From contig JALAIB010000077.1 of NCBI GenBank assembly GCA_023645945.1, positions 1 through 35,137 of the forward strand: a stretch of DNA of 35,137 nt, given 5' to 3'. The DNA is from Diploschistes diacapsis (Eukaryota). The number at the start of each line of letters is the position of its first letter. Position 1 is the first letter of the stretch. Position numbers and translations under genes: made by a program. Below the pieces are notes generated by a model. That model saw only the letters and a program-made list of their open reading frames with translations, made no database searches and was not told the origin of the DNA. Positions 1 to 11,239 of the stretch are shown here, piece by piece.

Positions 1-1204
1 CTCCGCCAACCTCTCAAAAACAGCCCTCCGCTCACTCCCCGCCTCCTCCGCCACGACCGTCGGCCTGCCGCGGTCCGCGTCGGCGCAGATCCGCGCGTCC
101 AGCGGCAGCTCGCCGAGGAAGGGCACGCCGTGCTTTGCGCAGGCGCGCTCGACGCCCTGCCGGCCGAAGATGGAGTGCGGGGTGCCGCATGCCGGGCAGG
201 TGAAGACAGACATGTTTTGGAGCATGCCGAGGATCTACGCGTGGAGAGAGGGGGCTGTTAGAGGGGGAGGCGGATATCGGAGGATGTGGGGAAGGAGGAG
301 CGAGAGGGGAGGGGAGGCTTACGGGCACGTCGACTTTGCGGAACATGGCGATGCCTTTGACGGCGTCTTTGAGGGCGATGTCTTGGGGGGTGGAGATTAC
401 TATTGCGCCTGTGTGCGAGAGCTTGTTAGCTGGATTTTCGGGGAGGTGTTGACGGTCGGTGCAGGAGGGAAGGTTGTTGAGTGGGTGATAATGAGGAGAG
501 TAAGGAAGGAAGGAGGGAAGAGCAAGGAGTTGGAGACCGTCAAGTTTCACCTGCTGCGTGATGGTCAACTGCGTGTCGCCCGTCCCCGGAGGGAGGTCCA
601 GGACCAGCACGTCCAACCCTCCCCACTCGACCTCGTGGAGCAGTTGCTGCAGGGCCTTCATGACCATCAGCCCGCGCCACACGACGGGCGCCTCCTCGCC
701 GACGAGAAAGCCCATGGACATTGCTTTGACGCCGTAGTTTGTTAGGGGTATGAGGAGGTTATCTGGAAAACGGATGAGAAAGGAGCGAGGGAAGGTTAGG
801 GAAGGGGCATAATGTAGGAAAGGAAGACGAACTAGGCGAGAGCCTGGGTTCTCCAGAGAGGTCCATGAGGGTGGGGATTGAGGGGCCAAAGATATCGGTG
901 TCGAGGATCCCGGCGCGGTGGCCCTGGCGGGAGAAGGCTAGGGCGAGGTTGACTATGGTTCTGTCAATATTCAGGGTGTATATACAGATCGATAATGCAA
1001 GGTACCGGCGATCGTGGACTTTCCCACGCCCCCTTTCGCCGAGGACACGGCTATAACTTTCCGTACATCTCGAATTGAGCGCTTCTCGGGGAGACCTCGT
1101 TGCCGGCGAGGAATCTCCGGAGGAGCGCGGGTACCGGATCGGGGTAGTCCTAAAGGGTTTTCGTGGAATCGTGGTCGGATAGTGGAAAAGAATCTTCTGT
1201 GCAT
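1..1204 (-). CDS. IND1: Mrp/NBP35-family P-loop ATPase, mitochondrial Fe-S carrier Ind1 (NUBPL-like); 3' end runs off the window
   Basis: Hand-spliced exons 1204-1006, 952-833, 762-538, 408-323, 234-<1 with GT-AG introns. Protein shows an Arg-rich presequence-like start ([13 protein letters not shown]), Walker [45 protein letters not shown] and [10 protein letters not shown]. Confidence 0.92.
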
Positions 1205-1468
1205 TATCTAATGACCTCGCAAGCTATCAGACATGACGACGAGGGAAGTTGACGGGACGATGCGGCTCTGCAAGGTACTAGCTTTGGACCCCTGTAAGCC
1301 ATGGGCTTGGGCTTGGCATCACGCCTACACGAGGTCACCGCAGCAGCTCCACAACTCTATCACATCTACATCGACAACAATCGCGCAACGCCGTATCTCC
1401 GTTCCGGATGGTTCTCAATATAGTTTACACCAGGCATTTTTAGACACTCTTTCCATTTCAAACATACT

Positions 1469-2953
1469 ATGGACGCCTATGACCACATCCAATCTGAAAC
1501 CCTCCACACCGAAGCCGCCCATCCCTCTACAGAGAAGCCATCCAGCTCCAACACTACCAATCCTTCCCAGTCCGCCACAAACGCCGAGCCGGGCAACCTT
1601 TCCACAGACCTCAAAGATGCCTACCGTTCCTTCTCTGCTTCCCCATGGGGCGCCAAGCTCGGTGGCTTTCTGGGATCAGTCCGCAAGCAGGGCGAGAGCT
1701 TATACCAGGGCGCCCGCGACGAGGCATCCATTGCAAGCGAAGAAGCGCTGAAGGGCTTTGCGGATCTCAGGGATACTATCGTGAATCGAACGCGGTCCAT
1801 GTCGCTGGGTGATGGAAGCGCAACCGTTGCTGGAGAGAGGTCTACAGCAGAAGGTACGGAGGAAAAGAAAGAGGATGCAGAGGCCGTGCCAAAAACACAA
1901 GGAGGGGCAGAGGCTAGTACGACCGAGACCAAGGCCGCGGATCCAGCTAAAGCGAGCTCATCGCAGGACACAGCATCCGCTGAATCGGAGGGATTAGTAG
2001 CCCGCTTCCGCGCGGAAGCCGCGGCACGCCTCCGAGACATCCAGCGCGCCGAGGATGCCGCGGATGAAGCCCTCCTCAAGTTCGGCACCAACATCCGCAA
2101 CTTCCTTCGCGAAGCCGTTATAGTATCCGCACCCCCAGAGGACGAAGCCTTCGCCCTCAAAGCCGGCCCCGAAGGCTCAAAGGTCCTTTTCGAGTCAAAG
2201 GATGCTGAGGGCAAGCGCGTCATTCATACCACGCGCTTCGACGCACAGATGCATGTGATTCATTGCTCGCTAGATAGTTTCCTCGAGGATCCGGTGAGCC
2301 CAGAGTATGCCAAATGGAAGGAGGGATTTAGTGTGGAGGGGAAGACTGAGGAAATCGCGGCTGACTTGAAAAAGTACGAGGAGCTGCGGAGGGCGATGGA
2401 GAAGCTAGTTCCGGAGAGGGTGGAGTATGAGGAGTTTTGGACGAGATATTATTTCCTAAGGATGGTGATCGAGAGCGAGGAAAAGAGAAGAAGGGAGATG
2501 CTGAAGGGTGCGTATACTTTGTGCCTCCCACACAAGTTTGTCGTCCTTGGAGAATTTGCTAATAAACTCCTAGGCGCAACCCTCAACCCCGAAGTCGAAG
2601 TCTCCTGGGACGAAGAGTCCGACTCGGAGCCCTCCACTCCCCAACAAAAGCCCGTCGCTGCCGACACCGCCACGCCTTCCACCGCCGCGACGTCCAACCC
2701 CGAAATCGAAACCGAAACCGAAACAAAGTCCCCACCTCGACCCGAACCCCTGTCCTCGTCCGCCGCGACCCTGGAGCCCCTTGAGCACCGTAAGTCACAA
2801 GACCAGCATAGCCAGTCCGGTAGCGACGCTAGCTATGACCTTGTGAGCGGCGCGACGAGTAAGACGCCGAGCAGTCCGAAGGAAGAGAGCGGGACGAAGA
2901 AGCCGGGCGAAAGGACGGTCAAGGAGGAGAGCGATGAGGAGGACTGGGAGTAG
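1469..2953 (+). CDS. DOS2: BSD-domain protein (Dos2-like), ~472 aa after splicing
   Basis: BSD motif ELRRAMEKLVPERVEYEEFWTRYYF, SPWGAKLGGF N-terminal motif and acidic EDEDWE end. Intron 2508-2573 (GTGCGT...GCTAAT...TAG, 66 nt, in frame). Confidence 0.82.
   Translation: MDAYDHIQSETLHTEAAHPSTEKPSSSNTTNPSQSATNAEPGNLSTDLKDAYRSFSASPWGAKLGGFLGSVRKQGESLYQGARDEASIASEEALKGFADLRDTIVNRTRSMSLGDGSATVAGERSTAEGTEEKKEDAEAVPKTQGGAEASTTETKAADPAKASSSQDTASAESEGLVARFRAEAAARLRDIQRAEDAADEALLKFGTNIRNFLREAVIVSAPPEDEAFALKAGPEGSKVLFESKDAEGKRVIHTTRFDAQMHVIHCSLDSFLEDPVSPEYAKWKEGFSVEGKTEEIAADLKKYEELRRAMEKLVPERVEYEEFWTRYYFLRMVIESEEKRRREMLKGAYTLCLPHKFVVLGEFANKLLGATLNPEVEVSWDEESDSEPSTPQQKPVAADTATPSTAATSNPEIETETETKSPPRPEPLSSSAATLEPLEHRKSQDQHSQSGSDASYDLVSGATSKTPSSPKEESGTKKPGERTVKEESDEEDWE
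2702..2725 (+). repeat. Short coding hexamer repeat (GAAACC-like x4) encoding EIETETET
   Basis: gaaatc gaaacc gaaacc gaaaca read directly in the low-complexity tail of the DOS2-like gene. Confidence 0.7.
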
Positions 2954-3250
2954 AGAGCAGATGGCAGAAAAGGGGCCGAGGAGGTAGGGAGGGCGTTGAG
3001 ATGAAGGAGGGCAGGGACTGAGCAGTAATCCGCACGTTGTTTTCTAGTATCTCGCGACTCGGTTTGGCGCTGGCGTTATGGCGCGCCGCTTGGCTTGCGA
3101 GCATAGCACAGAAGGTTTTGACAGATTCATGTTCCATTGCAAGATAGGAATAAATCTCATCATGCGTACGATTGCTACAAGCGCCATGCAGGGGTATCTC
3201 CAAAACCAAATCCCCATCGTCAATCGTTGAATGACCTCCCCAAAATTTCC

Positions 3251-5488
3251 CTACGCTTGCTTTCCTTCATTCCCCCCAGAACTCAGCTCCACCCCCTCGT
3301 CCGTCAACCCAGTCCTGGGTCTCGCCAGTGGGCTACCTTTGCGCGCAGCAGCCTGCTGCAAGCTCCTGAACCTCCCCTGCAGACTGGGTGGCGTCCTCGG
3401 ACTGGCAGCCCCAGCCAACAAGCCCATCCTCCGCGCATTATCACTACTCGACGACTTTGGCAGCGGTGGCAGTCCGCTATCCGGCGTGCTGCTCCTGGAA
3501 GACTGCCGTCTGTCCTCCAACAGCCTCTGCGGCGACTGCGAGACCCGGCTCTGAGGCTGTTGCGCATCGCTGAACCGATACGTCCCGTACCCTTCGTCCT
3601 GTGGACTGGTATACCGCCCCTGCTCTTGACTCCAACCGCCGTCGTTGGGGGACTCGCTTTCCAACCGACCGCTGGGCTCGTTCCATGCTTCGCCGACTTG
3701 GCTGGTGCCGCCACGGTACTGGTACTCTTCGCCTCTCCGCTTGATGGGGCTCTCGTCGTACGGATCGAACCCTACGCGTTGCCGTGCCTCGGCGCGCAGG
3801 CGACGACGGGTTACCTCATCGCCTGTTGCTGCGCCGGTGGTCGCGGCTTCGGAGAGGAAGAAGTTTAAAAGTTCATCGGGGATGGAGAGGTGGGATGTCT
3901 GTTGGAATTGCTGTAGGGACAGAAGGCGTAGGAGAGTTTCCAGGAGGGAGAGGGAGGTTCGAATAGTAGGTAGGGTCTGTCGGGAGGGCGTCGGGATGAG
4001 ATGTTGCGGGGCAGAGGGATTGAAGGCGGGGCTAGGGCTTGAGCTGCTATCTAAGTGGAGGCTCGAAAGGGCGGTATTGAGATTTGGGTCGAGAGAGTGT
4101 GCTCGGGAATTTGAAGGTTGGGAGGCGGGCGTCACTAAGGTTTCGGATTCGGTATCGCTATCCATGCTTTCGGTGTAGACTTCGAATGCTAGCCATTCTG
4201 GGTCGATATTTGGTGGGATGCGCCATTGTCGGGTTGATTGGAGACTAGCATAGTGAACAGACGATTCACGATGTTCACGCCCTAGTTGAGCATCGATTTG
4301 CGCCTGAAGCTCATCCTGGCTGAGCTCTTGTTTTTGAGACGGCGGTGACGAGGGCTGCTCCACACTTTCGATTATTTGCTCCTCGGATTCGTTGAATCGC
4401 TGTACCATCCGTCGGGGCGGAACGGCGTCGAGATCCCGCTTGAGAAGTAGGACTGGGTTGTTTACTTCAGCCTCGCCACCTATGTTAAGTATCTTGCCAG
4501 TATCCGCGTAGAAGATCTTCGAGATCTCATGCACAGGTATCGCCTCCCTGATACCAGCGTGAAATACATCGTCACAACGCTGCGCTTGGTGATCAACTTC
4601 TTCAAAAGTATGAACACGATCGTCATCGAAGTCCTCTATTATAATCACCTTATAGGCGTATTCATCGCTTCTAAGTTCAGCTGGGAAATCCTTGTCAGAA
4701 ATATGTTCGGCAGTCGAATTTACTATAGTATCGTTAATGGTGTCGGGAGAATCATAGAGACTCCCGAGTGGAATCCGTAACAACTTCAGGCGCGCCTTAT
4801 GAATAACTTCTTGCCAAGTTGAGTTCCTTACCTGCTCCTCGTTCTGAGGTCGAAGGTGTCCTTGAAAGAGCATGTAAAGGGAGAGCGTAAACGTCGGACC
4901 GATCTGCACCGAACTCGAACGAAGCGACGCATATTGCGAGTCACCTGCAGTTAGAAACGTGCTGGCCTGAAGCAGCCGTGAAGGTGAGATTGTTGCTGGT
5001 AAAGAAGTCGACAAATTTGCACCCGAAGTTGTTATGGCAAGGTTAATAAGAGGAACTGCGTCTTCAATCCGGTCAAGTACTTTTCTGATCTCGGCAATAA
5101 CTTGCTTGAATCTAGACCCGTTCTGGACTTTAGTACTCCCCTTCTGCGCGCTTCTATGTAGTTCCTCTTCCTCGCTCGCAAGCTGTGCGAGGCTTTGTCC
5201 CAAAGCTTGTATATCCCATCTCAATGATGTTGTCAGAGTAACGGCTGATTCAAGGGATGTATTGCCGCGTGCCGAGATCAGCTCTATCATATCAATCGCA
5301 GGTGAGATTATTCTGATCTTGCTCTCAAGGCGTAGCTGTAATTTGGAAAGATCGTCCCTTTCATTGCCTTCAACTGCCCTTAGCAGCCGAGCCGACTGTT
5401 GGATTGCATAGCCAGCAGTTATAGAGATGCCCGAGCGGATAGCATAGTTCATAGCTTGCTGCGTCACTCGGCCTAGAAATATATCCAT
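3251..5488 (-). CDS. YRB30: Fungal RanGTP-binding protein Yrb30, 745 aa, apparently intronless
   Basis: N-terminus QQAMNYAIRSGISITAGYAI...LESKIRIISPAIDMIELISARGNTSLES, plus SPSRLLQASTFL and LSLLETLLRLLSLQQFQQTSHLSIPDELLNFFL, typical of the Yrb30 family. Confidence 0.88.
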   Translation of the reverse strand: MDIFLGRVTQQAMNYAIRSGISITAGYAIQQSARLLRAVEGNERDDLSKLQLRLESKIRIISPAIDMIELISARGNTSLESAVTLTTSLRWDIQALGQSLAQLASEEEELHRSAQKGSTKVQNGSRFKQVIAEIRKVLDRIEDAVPLINLAITTSGANLSTSLPATISPSRLLQASTFLTAGDSQYASLRSSSVQIGPTFTLSLYMLFQGHLRPQNEEQVRNSTWQEVIHKARLKLLRIPLGSLYDSPDTINDTIVNSTAEHISDKDFPAELRSDEYAYKVIIIEDFDDDRVHTFEEVDHQAQRCDDVFHAGIREAIPVHEISKIFYADTGKILNIGGEAEVNNPVLLLKRDLDAVPPRRMVQRFNESEEQIIESVEQPSSPPSQKQELSQDELQAQIDAQLGREHRESSVHYASLQSTRQWRIPPNIDPEWLAFEVYTESMDSDTESETLVTPASQPSNSRAHSLDPNLNTALSSLHLDSSSSPSPAFNPSAPQHLIPTPSRQTLPTIRTSLSLLETLLRLLSLQQFQQTSHLSIPDELLNFFLSEAATTGAATGDEVTRRRLRAEARQRVGFDPYDESPIKRRGEEYQYRGGTSQVGEAWNEPSGRLESESPNDGGWSQEQGRYTSPQDEGYGTYRFSDAQQPQSRVSQSPQRLLEDRRQSSRSSTPDSGLPPLPKSSSSDNARRMGLLAGAASPRTPPSLQGRFRSLQQAAARKGSPLARPRTGLTDEGVELSSGGNEGKQA

Positions 5489-5899
5489 CCCAACGATGAA
5501 AAAGAAGAGATCCTAGGCTCGAGGTCGGAGTACACAACAATCACATTAAATATTGCATGTTTGTTGACAAAGTGGGTAGTGCATAAAACTGAAGAATGCA
5601 GCTGCAAGACTGTTGCCTCTTGGTGCTCATTGTGCTTGACTTGTTCTCCATCTGTCAATGTGTATCAACTAAGCGAGGTTCACTATACATTTATTTATCA
5701 TATCTGTTTCAAGTTACAACATCACATGATACACGTCGCGGTTGTTACACGCCGCGTAAACGAGATGCGGCTCCGCGGGATCTAACCATTTCGGCTCTAG
5801 TGATGAAGTAGCTCAGCACCTCGCTTCTAAGTTTCCTTGCTAAGTTGTTTATCAAGAGCTTCGAGGTTTTATTGTCCTTTCGTACAAGACCGAGCCACC

Positions 5900-6236
5900 A
5901 TGGCGAAGAGACGTGAGGCCTACAAATTCCTATGCCCATCGAACTCGTACTTACTTGTTGTCTCAGCGAAGTCACGAACTATCTCCGTACGGCTGCTAAG
6001 CATGGCAATGACAGGCTACTATAAGACCCTGACCAGACCGCGGGTAGCACGGCCTCTCAGCATGCTGAGGTATGATCCTGTCGGTAAGTTATTCTAGCGA
6101 ACTACCATTCTTCAGTTCTTGTCTTGCTACATTGTTTCTATGGCAATTTCTCATTACAACATACTGACAACTTGTGACAACCACAGTGAAGAAAAAGGTT
6201 CTGTTCTTGGAGCAAAAAAGAGGCAGCTCCAAGTAA
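5900..6236 (+). CDS. MRPL39: Mitochondrial large-subunit ribosomal protein bL33m, 59 aa
   Basis: Exons 5900-5912, 5967-6083, 6187-6236 (donors GTGAGG and GTAAGT; acceptors CAG; ccaccATGG start context) give [59 protein letters not shown], with L33 hallmarks L.S.A.TGY.. and (K/R)YDP...K.VLF.E. Confidence 0.93.
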
Positions 6237-6602
6237 TCAATATCACATGTTCCATACTACAAACGAAGCTCGATCCGTGAAAGGAGATGTGACGCAAATA
6301 TTACCCTTTACATAGTGAGGTACATTCTATCGGCGTTAATGAGAGCCATTTTCGCGCACAAGGGAACTTCAAAGATCGCTGTTTGTTCCTATCTAGCTGG
6401 AGTCCAAATGTCGGATTGTCTATATGTCAAACAAGCAGTGAAAAAGCTATTTACAGATCATCAAGCAATACAAGCTTGGCTATGCTTTTCCGAAGCATTG
6501 GAAGTCCATCGAGCCAGTAAGCATAGCTTTTGACAACAGCCGACTTCTGAGGCAATTTATGAAGTGGTTTCTCATACCTGGACTGAACCGCAGCTCATCA
6601 CC

Positions 6603-9600
6603 TTACTGGATCGAATCATTGAACTTCTTGGTCCACTTGTCTAATTTGCAGTTAACGATCACAACCCCATGCACTTCATTGGATTATGCACCAACCTGAG
6701 GCTTTGCGCTGGCTCTTCTTCCTTCGTGCATTGCTTTGATCATTGGTCGTCGTCTTGGATGGCGACTGTGAGCTGCCAATAATTGGACCCAATCCACGAA
6801 CTTCGCCTTGACTGATGCGAGATTTGCCTCGACGATTTACATTATGGTTACTGATATTGGCTAGCTTGTTGCCATTCTCAGCTGGTGACACCTTTACCTC
6901 TTGTGTTGCCTTGTGGAATTTGTTGTGTTTTGCCCTCGAACTTTGCTCTCTTTCCTCCAGGTCTTCGTTAGACGCCCTTTTTCTCTTTCCTTGATTTGCC
7001 TCTCCTGTTACTTGGGAGTTCAGTTCATCCGCTATTAGTGACTTCAAAGGAACTCTTCGGCTTTTCTTATCAGCGTTGCCTTTCACGAAAGCCCTCTCCG
7101 AAGCGTTTGTTGTTGTAAGGACTTGTTTGCCTCGAGGATTCTTTACTGGAGAGCGTCGTGCCGAGCAATTGCTTCTTGTTTCGGAATTTAACCTGCGAGC
7201 ATTCGAAGAAGCCTGCTCCGGTGTGGAAGGGAAAACGTTCTTGCCAAAGGCCAACAGCTTCGTGTGTTCTTCGCTTTTTCGGGATTTTGAAGGACTGTCT
7301 TGCAATAGCTGGGTTTTTTGTTGGCTTTTGAATGTTGGTTCGGTGTTTCCGCTATGGACATCAATCTGCTGTGTTTCTTCAACGATAACTTTCTGCTGTT
7401 CGCAAAGAGTTATACCCTCGCTATTATTGATTCTGTTGCTTTCAAACTGTCCAGAAGTGTTTCGTGATATGTCAGGTGTCGCAATGAGGTCAACGGCCTC
7501 GTGTAACGATCCAACTGAGCAGTCTTTAGATGATGCCAGAACAGCGGCGTGTAGATTCGAGACGGTCCGTTGTCCACCTGTGTATGGAAGTTCTTGAGAC
7601 CCATCACTATTCAAAATTTTGGGGATGACAAGAGAACCAAGAATTTCATCCCAACCATCATTAACCCCATCGGCATGTAATTGATTAGGTAAAGTAATCG
7701 ATTCATCACGAAAAGGTCGCGTAATTGAAAGCCCACTGCTCGGTGTGAGCTTGGCGGAGTTGGGCGGACTGATTGCCCATATAACTGTCTGAACCGCAGC
7801 GTCGCAACTGTCCGGAGCTAGTGTTTTCTTAAGACTTGTTGAAGCATCAAGATCCTTCGTGATCTCAGCTTCTCTGTTACTTACTATTTCAAGTAGGCTT
7901 TGAAGCTCAGCGATTCTAGCCGCGGAGGTATCCCTAAGAAGCTGTAATTCACCCGCTGTTTCACGTGCTTTTTGCTCTTGGGCTGATTTTGCCTTGCTTA
8001 GTTCTTTCGACCTCTGGCCCGAGTCTTGGAGCTGTTTCTCCAGGTCGGCAACTTTCTCCCCTGACGCTACCGACTCTTTCCTAACTCTTTTAATTTCGCC
8101 TTCAAGTTTGACTGATTTGAGCTCAGCTGCATTCTTCGAGCGTGTCAATTTGCCAATATTCTCATCATACTTGATTTCAAGGGCACTCTTTTCAGCTTCA
8201 ATCCCTTGATCAAGTTCTGCGCGCATGGCTTCAAGCTTTAAACTTGCCTCGGCCTCTAATGTTTTCTTTTCTACCCTGAAAGAGGTGGCAGCACTCTCAG
8301 CGTCTTTCAGCTGTGCCTTCAAACCTTCCATCTGCCGCCTTAGACTAACTGAATCTTCTTTCTGGCCTTTAGTGCTGGCTTCATGCTGTGCAAGTAGGTG
8401 CTCTAGCCTCCTTGTCTCAGATCGCAACTCTTGGTTCCGGTGCTCGCTGTCACGAAAACGCTCTGGCAACGATTGATCAATTTCTAGCTGGAATTGAAGA
8501 GCGGCAATCTGCTTGTTCAGAACCGTAACATCACTGTGGTTTCGTCGGTTCTGGTCATCTAGTTCAGTACATCTTTGGTTCAGGGTCTTTACTTCGCTCT
8601 CCTTGCGTTGTAGATCGGCTTCAAGCTCTGCTTTGCTCTCATGGAGTCTGGTGATCATATCTACTAGCCTACGTTCCTCTCCACTTTCGGATTCGAAAGT
8701 CTTTAGTAATTGTCGAAGACTGTCGATACCTTTGACTTGTCCATCGTGGAAGGATCTTTGTTCTGTATGTTGATTCTTTAACGTTGTCATGAAACTGTCT
8801 TGGTAAGGGTTCAGTTCCAGATTAGATGACTGACTAACTTACCGACCAGCTCCAGCGTCAATATCAGCACCCAGCTTACGCAAATCATCTGTCCTAGCAA
8901 TTGGCTTTCTTGTAAGGTCACATAGTAAAAGCGATATCTCCTGCAAAGCGACACGGATGGCTGCTGGATCGACAGCCGGTACCATCGCGCTCTTTAATGT
9001 ATCCATGTCAGGTAATTTGTCAAGCTTTTCAACTAAACAGGCCTGGCTGGACTCAACATGGTTTGCCATAATGGCCTGCTTGCAGGATATGGCTGCGAGT
9101 TCCTGTTCAAAAATATCGTTGCGCTCCCGCTCATAGTCAAGTAGGTCATTTTGATTGAGCAAGTCTTGTTCCTGGTGCTCAATTATCCCTTCGAGTTCTC
9201 TGATTTGAGCTCGTGCCTGTGTTAATGACTTCCTTTTCGATTCGAGCGTATTTTTATATTGGAGTCTCTCATCTGATATAGCAGAGTCAAGTTCAGCTTT
9301 AGCGTTAGTGAGGCTTAGACATTGGGATTGGACCTTCTTGAAATCTGTTTGAAGTTTCTGATGATCCCTATTGAGCCCGTCGACAAACTTCTGGAAACCG
9401 GCTACTCTTTCTTTCAATTTTACTAGCCTTTGCCGGCAGTTGTGAAGTTCAACGTCGCTGGTTTCGCCTAATCTGTAGGCTTGCCGGAGCGACGCTTGCA
9501 ATGCGGCCACTTCTACTGTCATTCTCTCCAGCTGAACATTCCTCTCTTTTAGTTTAGCCTCAGTGGAGTGGCTTTCCTCTTCTTCTTTACGCCGCCTAAA

Positions 9601-10846
9601 CATGAACATCTTGAAAAGCTGTTCTGAGTTAAGAACTTTCTCCTGCCGTGAGACGGGTCTAGAAGCTGTGCTGACGTTGTGATGGAAATGGTCATTGTTT
9701 GGGTCCTTCTGCTTTATTACTCTGTTCTGAGCGGGTTCTGTTCGAGACTTGCAAGGGCTTGGAGACCAACGATCAATTTCACCACCTCTCTCACTTGGTA
9801 AAGGCCGAGTGAGCGACGAAGGTGTGGCTCTGGAAGATTTTGTTGGATTGGACAGAACCTTGCTCTCCTCCTTGTCTGCCGAAACACTGAACAAACCATC
9901 GGTCGTTACGGTAGAAACGTGGACGGCGTTTGAATGATCTGATTCGATCGTTGTCAGAGAGATCGCACCATCCTCCCTTGGTTTTTCATCCAGACTCCTT
10001 TTGGGTGTGTACTGGGGTAGGTTAGGATTGGTTTTGTTTTCCTGGCTCGTCCATGCTGTTGAGCCGTGCTTCCTAAAAGCGTTCGCCTCTTCTCTGGTTC
10101 TGGCTGTAGACCTTTGGAGTACAGTTCCATCAAATAACGTAGGAGTCAAAGAAATCAATGGAACGGAGCCTGTGCCGGTCAGATCGATGTATTTTGGTCT
10201 TGATTTCAGATCCGTTCCATAATCAAAGGGTAGGCTCTCTGATTGCACCTGCTGTGCTCCAACTTGCTGTTTACTATTTTCAGGCACTCGGTCAATTGAG
10301 TGGATTTTAGTATCCGGAAGATCCTTCTTGTGTAATGCTGCCTCCACTTGTTGGGTATTGGGCTTGGCTGGAGAAGTAACAAGCTGGGTTCGAGAAACAT
10401 GAGAGACTTGTAGAGACTTCCCTAATTATCTTTTAGTATCTAGGTGGTTGTGTTAAAGATGATCATGCCTTCGCCTTTCTTATCGTCATTCATAGATTGG
10501 ACATACCTTTCACGCTTCCAAACTCAAAGCCTTGACCGAGAGGAGCATCATCAATCACAGGTCTTTGTATCTTGTTACCAGGTTGAACCCTTGTGGGCTC
10601 GAGCCGTGCTTGCTGTTCTTGCCATGGTTCCTTCTGGATACTCATCTGGCTTAATGGAAACTGCGTTTCTGTGACATGTGTACGTAGAGTATCAGGTTCC
10701 TGTACCTCTGCTGCCGCTGGCTCAACTTTGGGCTCCATAGAGGAGCCTTGACAATCATTGCCCACTTCTACCGGGAGTGTGATAGTTTCCCTAGAGTCCT
10801 CCATTCTTTGTAAGTCGAATAGTCTCCGTAGGGTGCTAGACCCCAT
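6603..10846 (-). CDS. Large coiled-coil protein (~1346 aa) of uncertain function; start codon uncertain
   Basis: Three ORF-track segments join in frame via introns 10506-10407, 8842-8795 and 6695-6641 (4041 nt CDS, divisible by 3), ending DKWTKKFNDSIQ*. Disordered N-terminus, long central heptad-rich region and basic Ser/Lys/Arg-rich C-terminal tail. Confidence 0.8.
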
Positions 10847-11239
10847 ATCATAATACAAATATCGGCGGCATTTCCTAGAAATTGAACGCTGCACGTAGAA
10901 ACGAATATGGCAAAGTAACAGGCCACTCAAGAGCTGGGTGAGAACAAAAAACAGATTCAGAGGAAGGCAAGAACTGGGATTTGTGGCACTAGCTTGGAAG
11001 TGGAACATTTTGTAGGAAATATCCCACAACGGGTGTTGTGAAGACATGGAGAAGGAGCGACCAAGAAGCAAGGCTCACCCATCACGTGCACGGCCGCTCT
11101 GGTAGCTAGCTGGGTAGATGCCTCAATCAGCGAGTATATAACTAAGCACGCTATTGTGGTTAACTTGAAGCTCTCTTCTTAATAATTCTGGTGCATGGTC
11201 ATGACACGACGCGATATCCAGTTAATGCCTCATTAAAAG

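Noticed and set aside
170..4178. Long overlapping or antisense ORFs (170-745, 1233-1751, 1621-2223, 3137-3868, 3645-4178)
   Set aside because: Shadow frames of GC-rich IND1, DOS2 and YRB30 coding DNA with low-complexity translations and no motifs.
10847..11071. N-terminal extension of the coiled-coil gene from the TTG at 11071 or the nearby ATGs
   Set aside because: The translation is UTR-like (Phe/Leu/Cys-rich) and unlike the rest of the protein. A start at 10846 or 10804 seems more plausible, but this is unproven.
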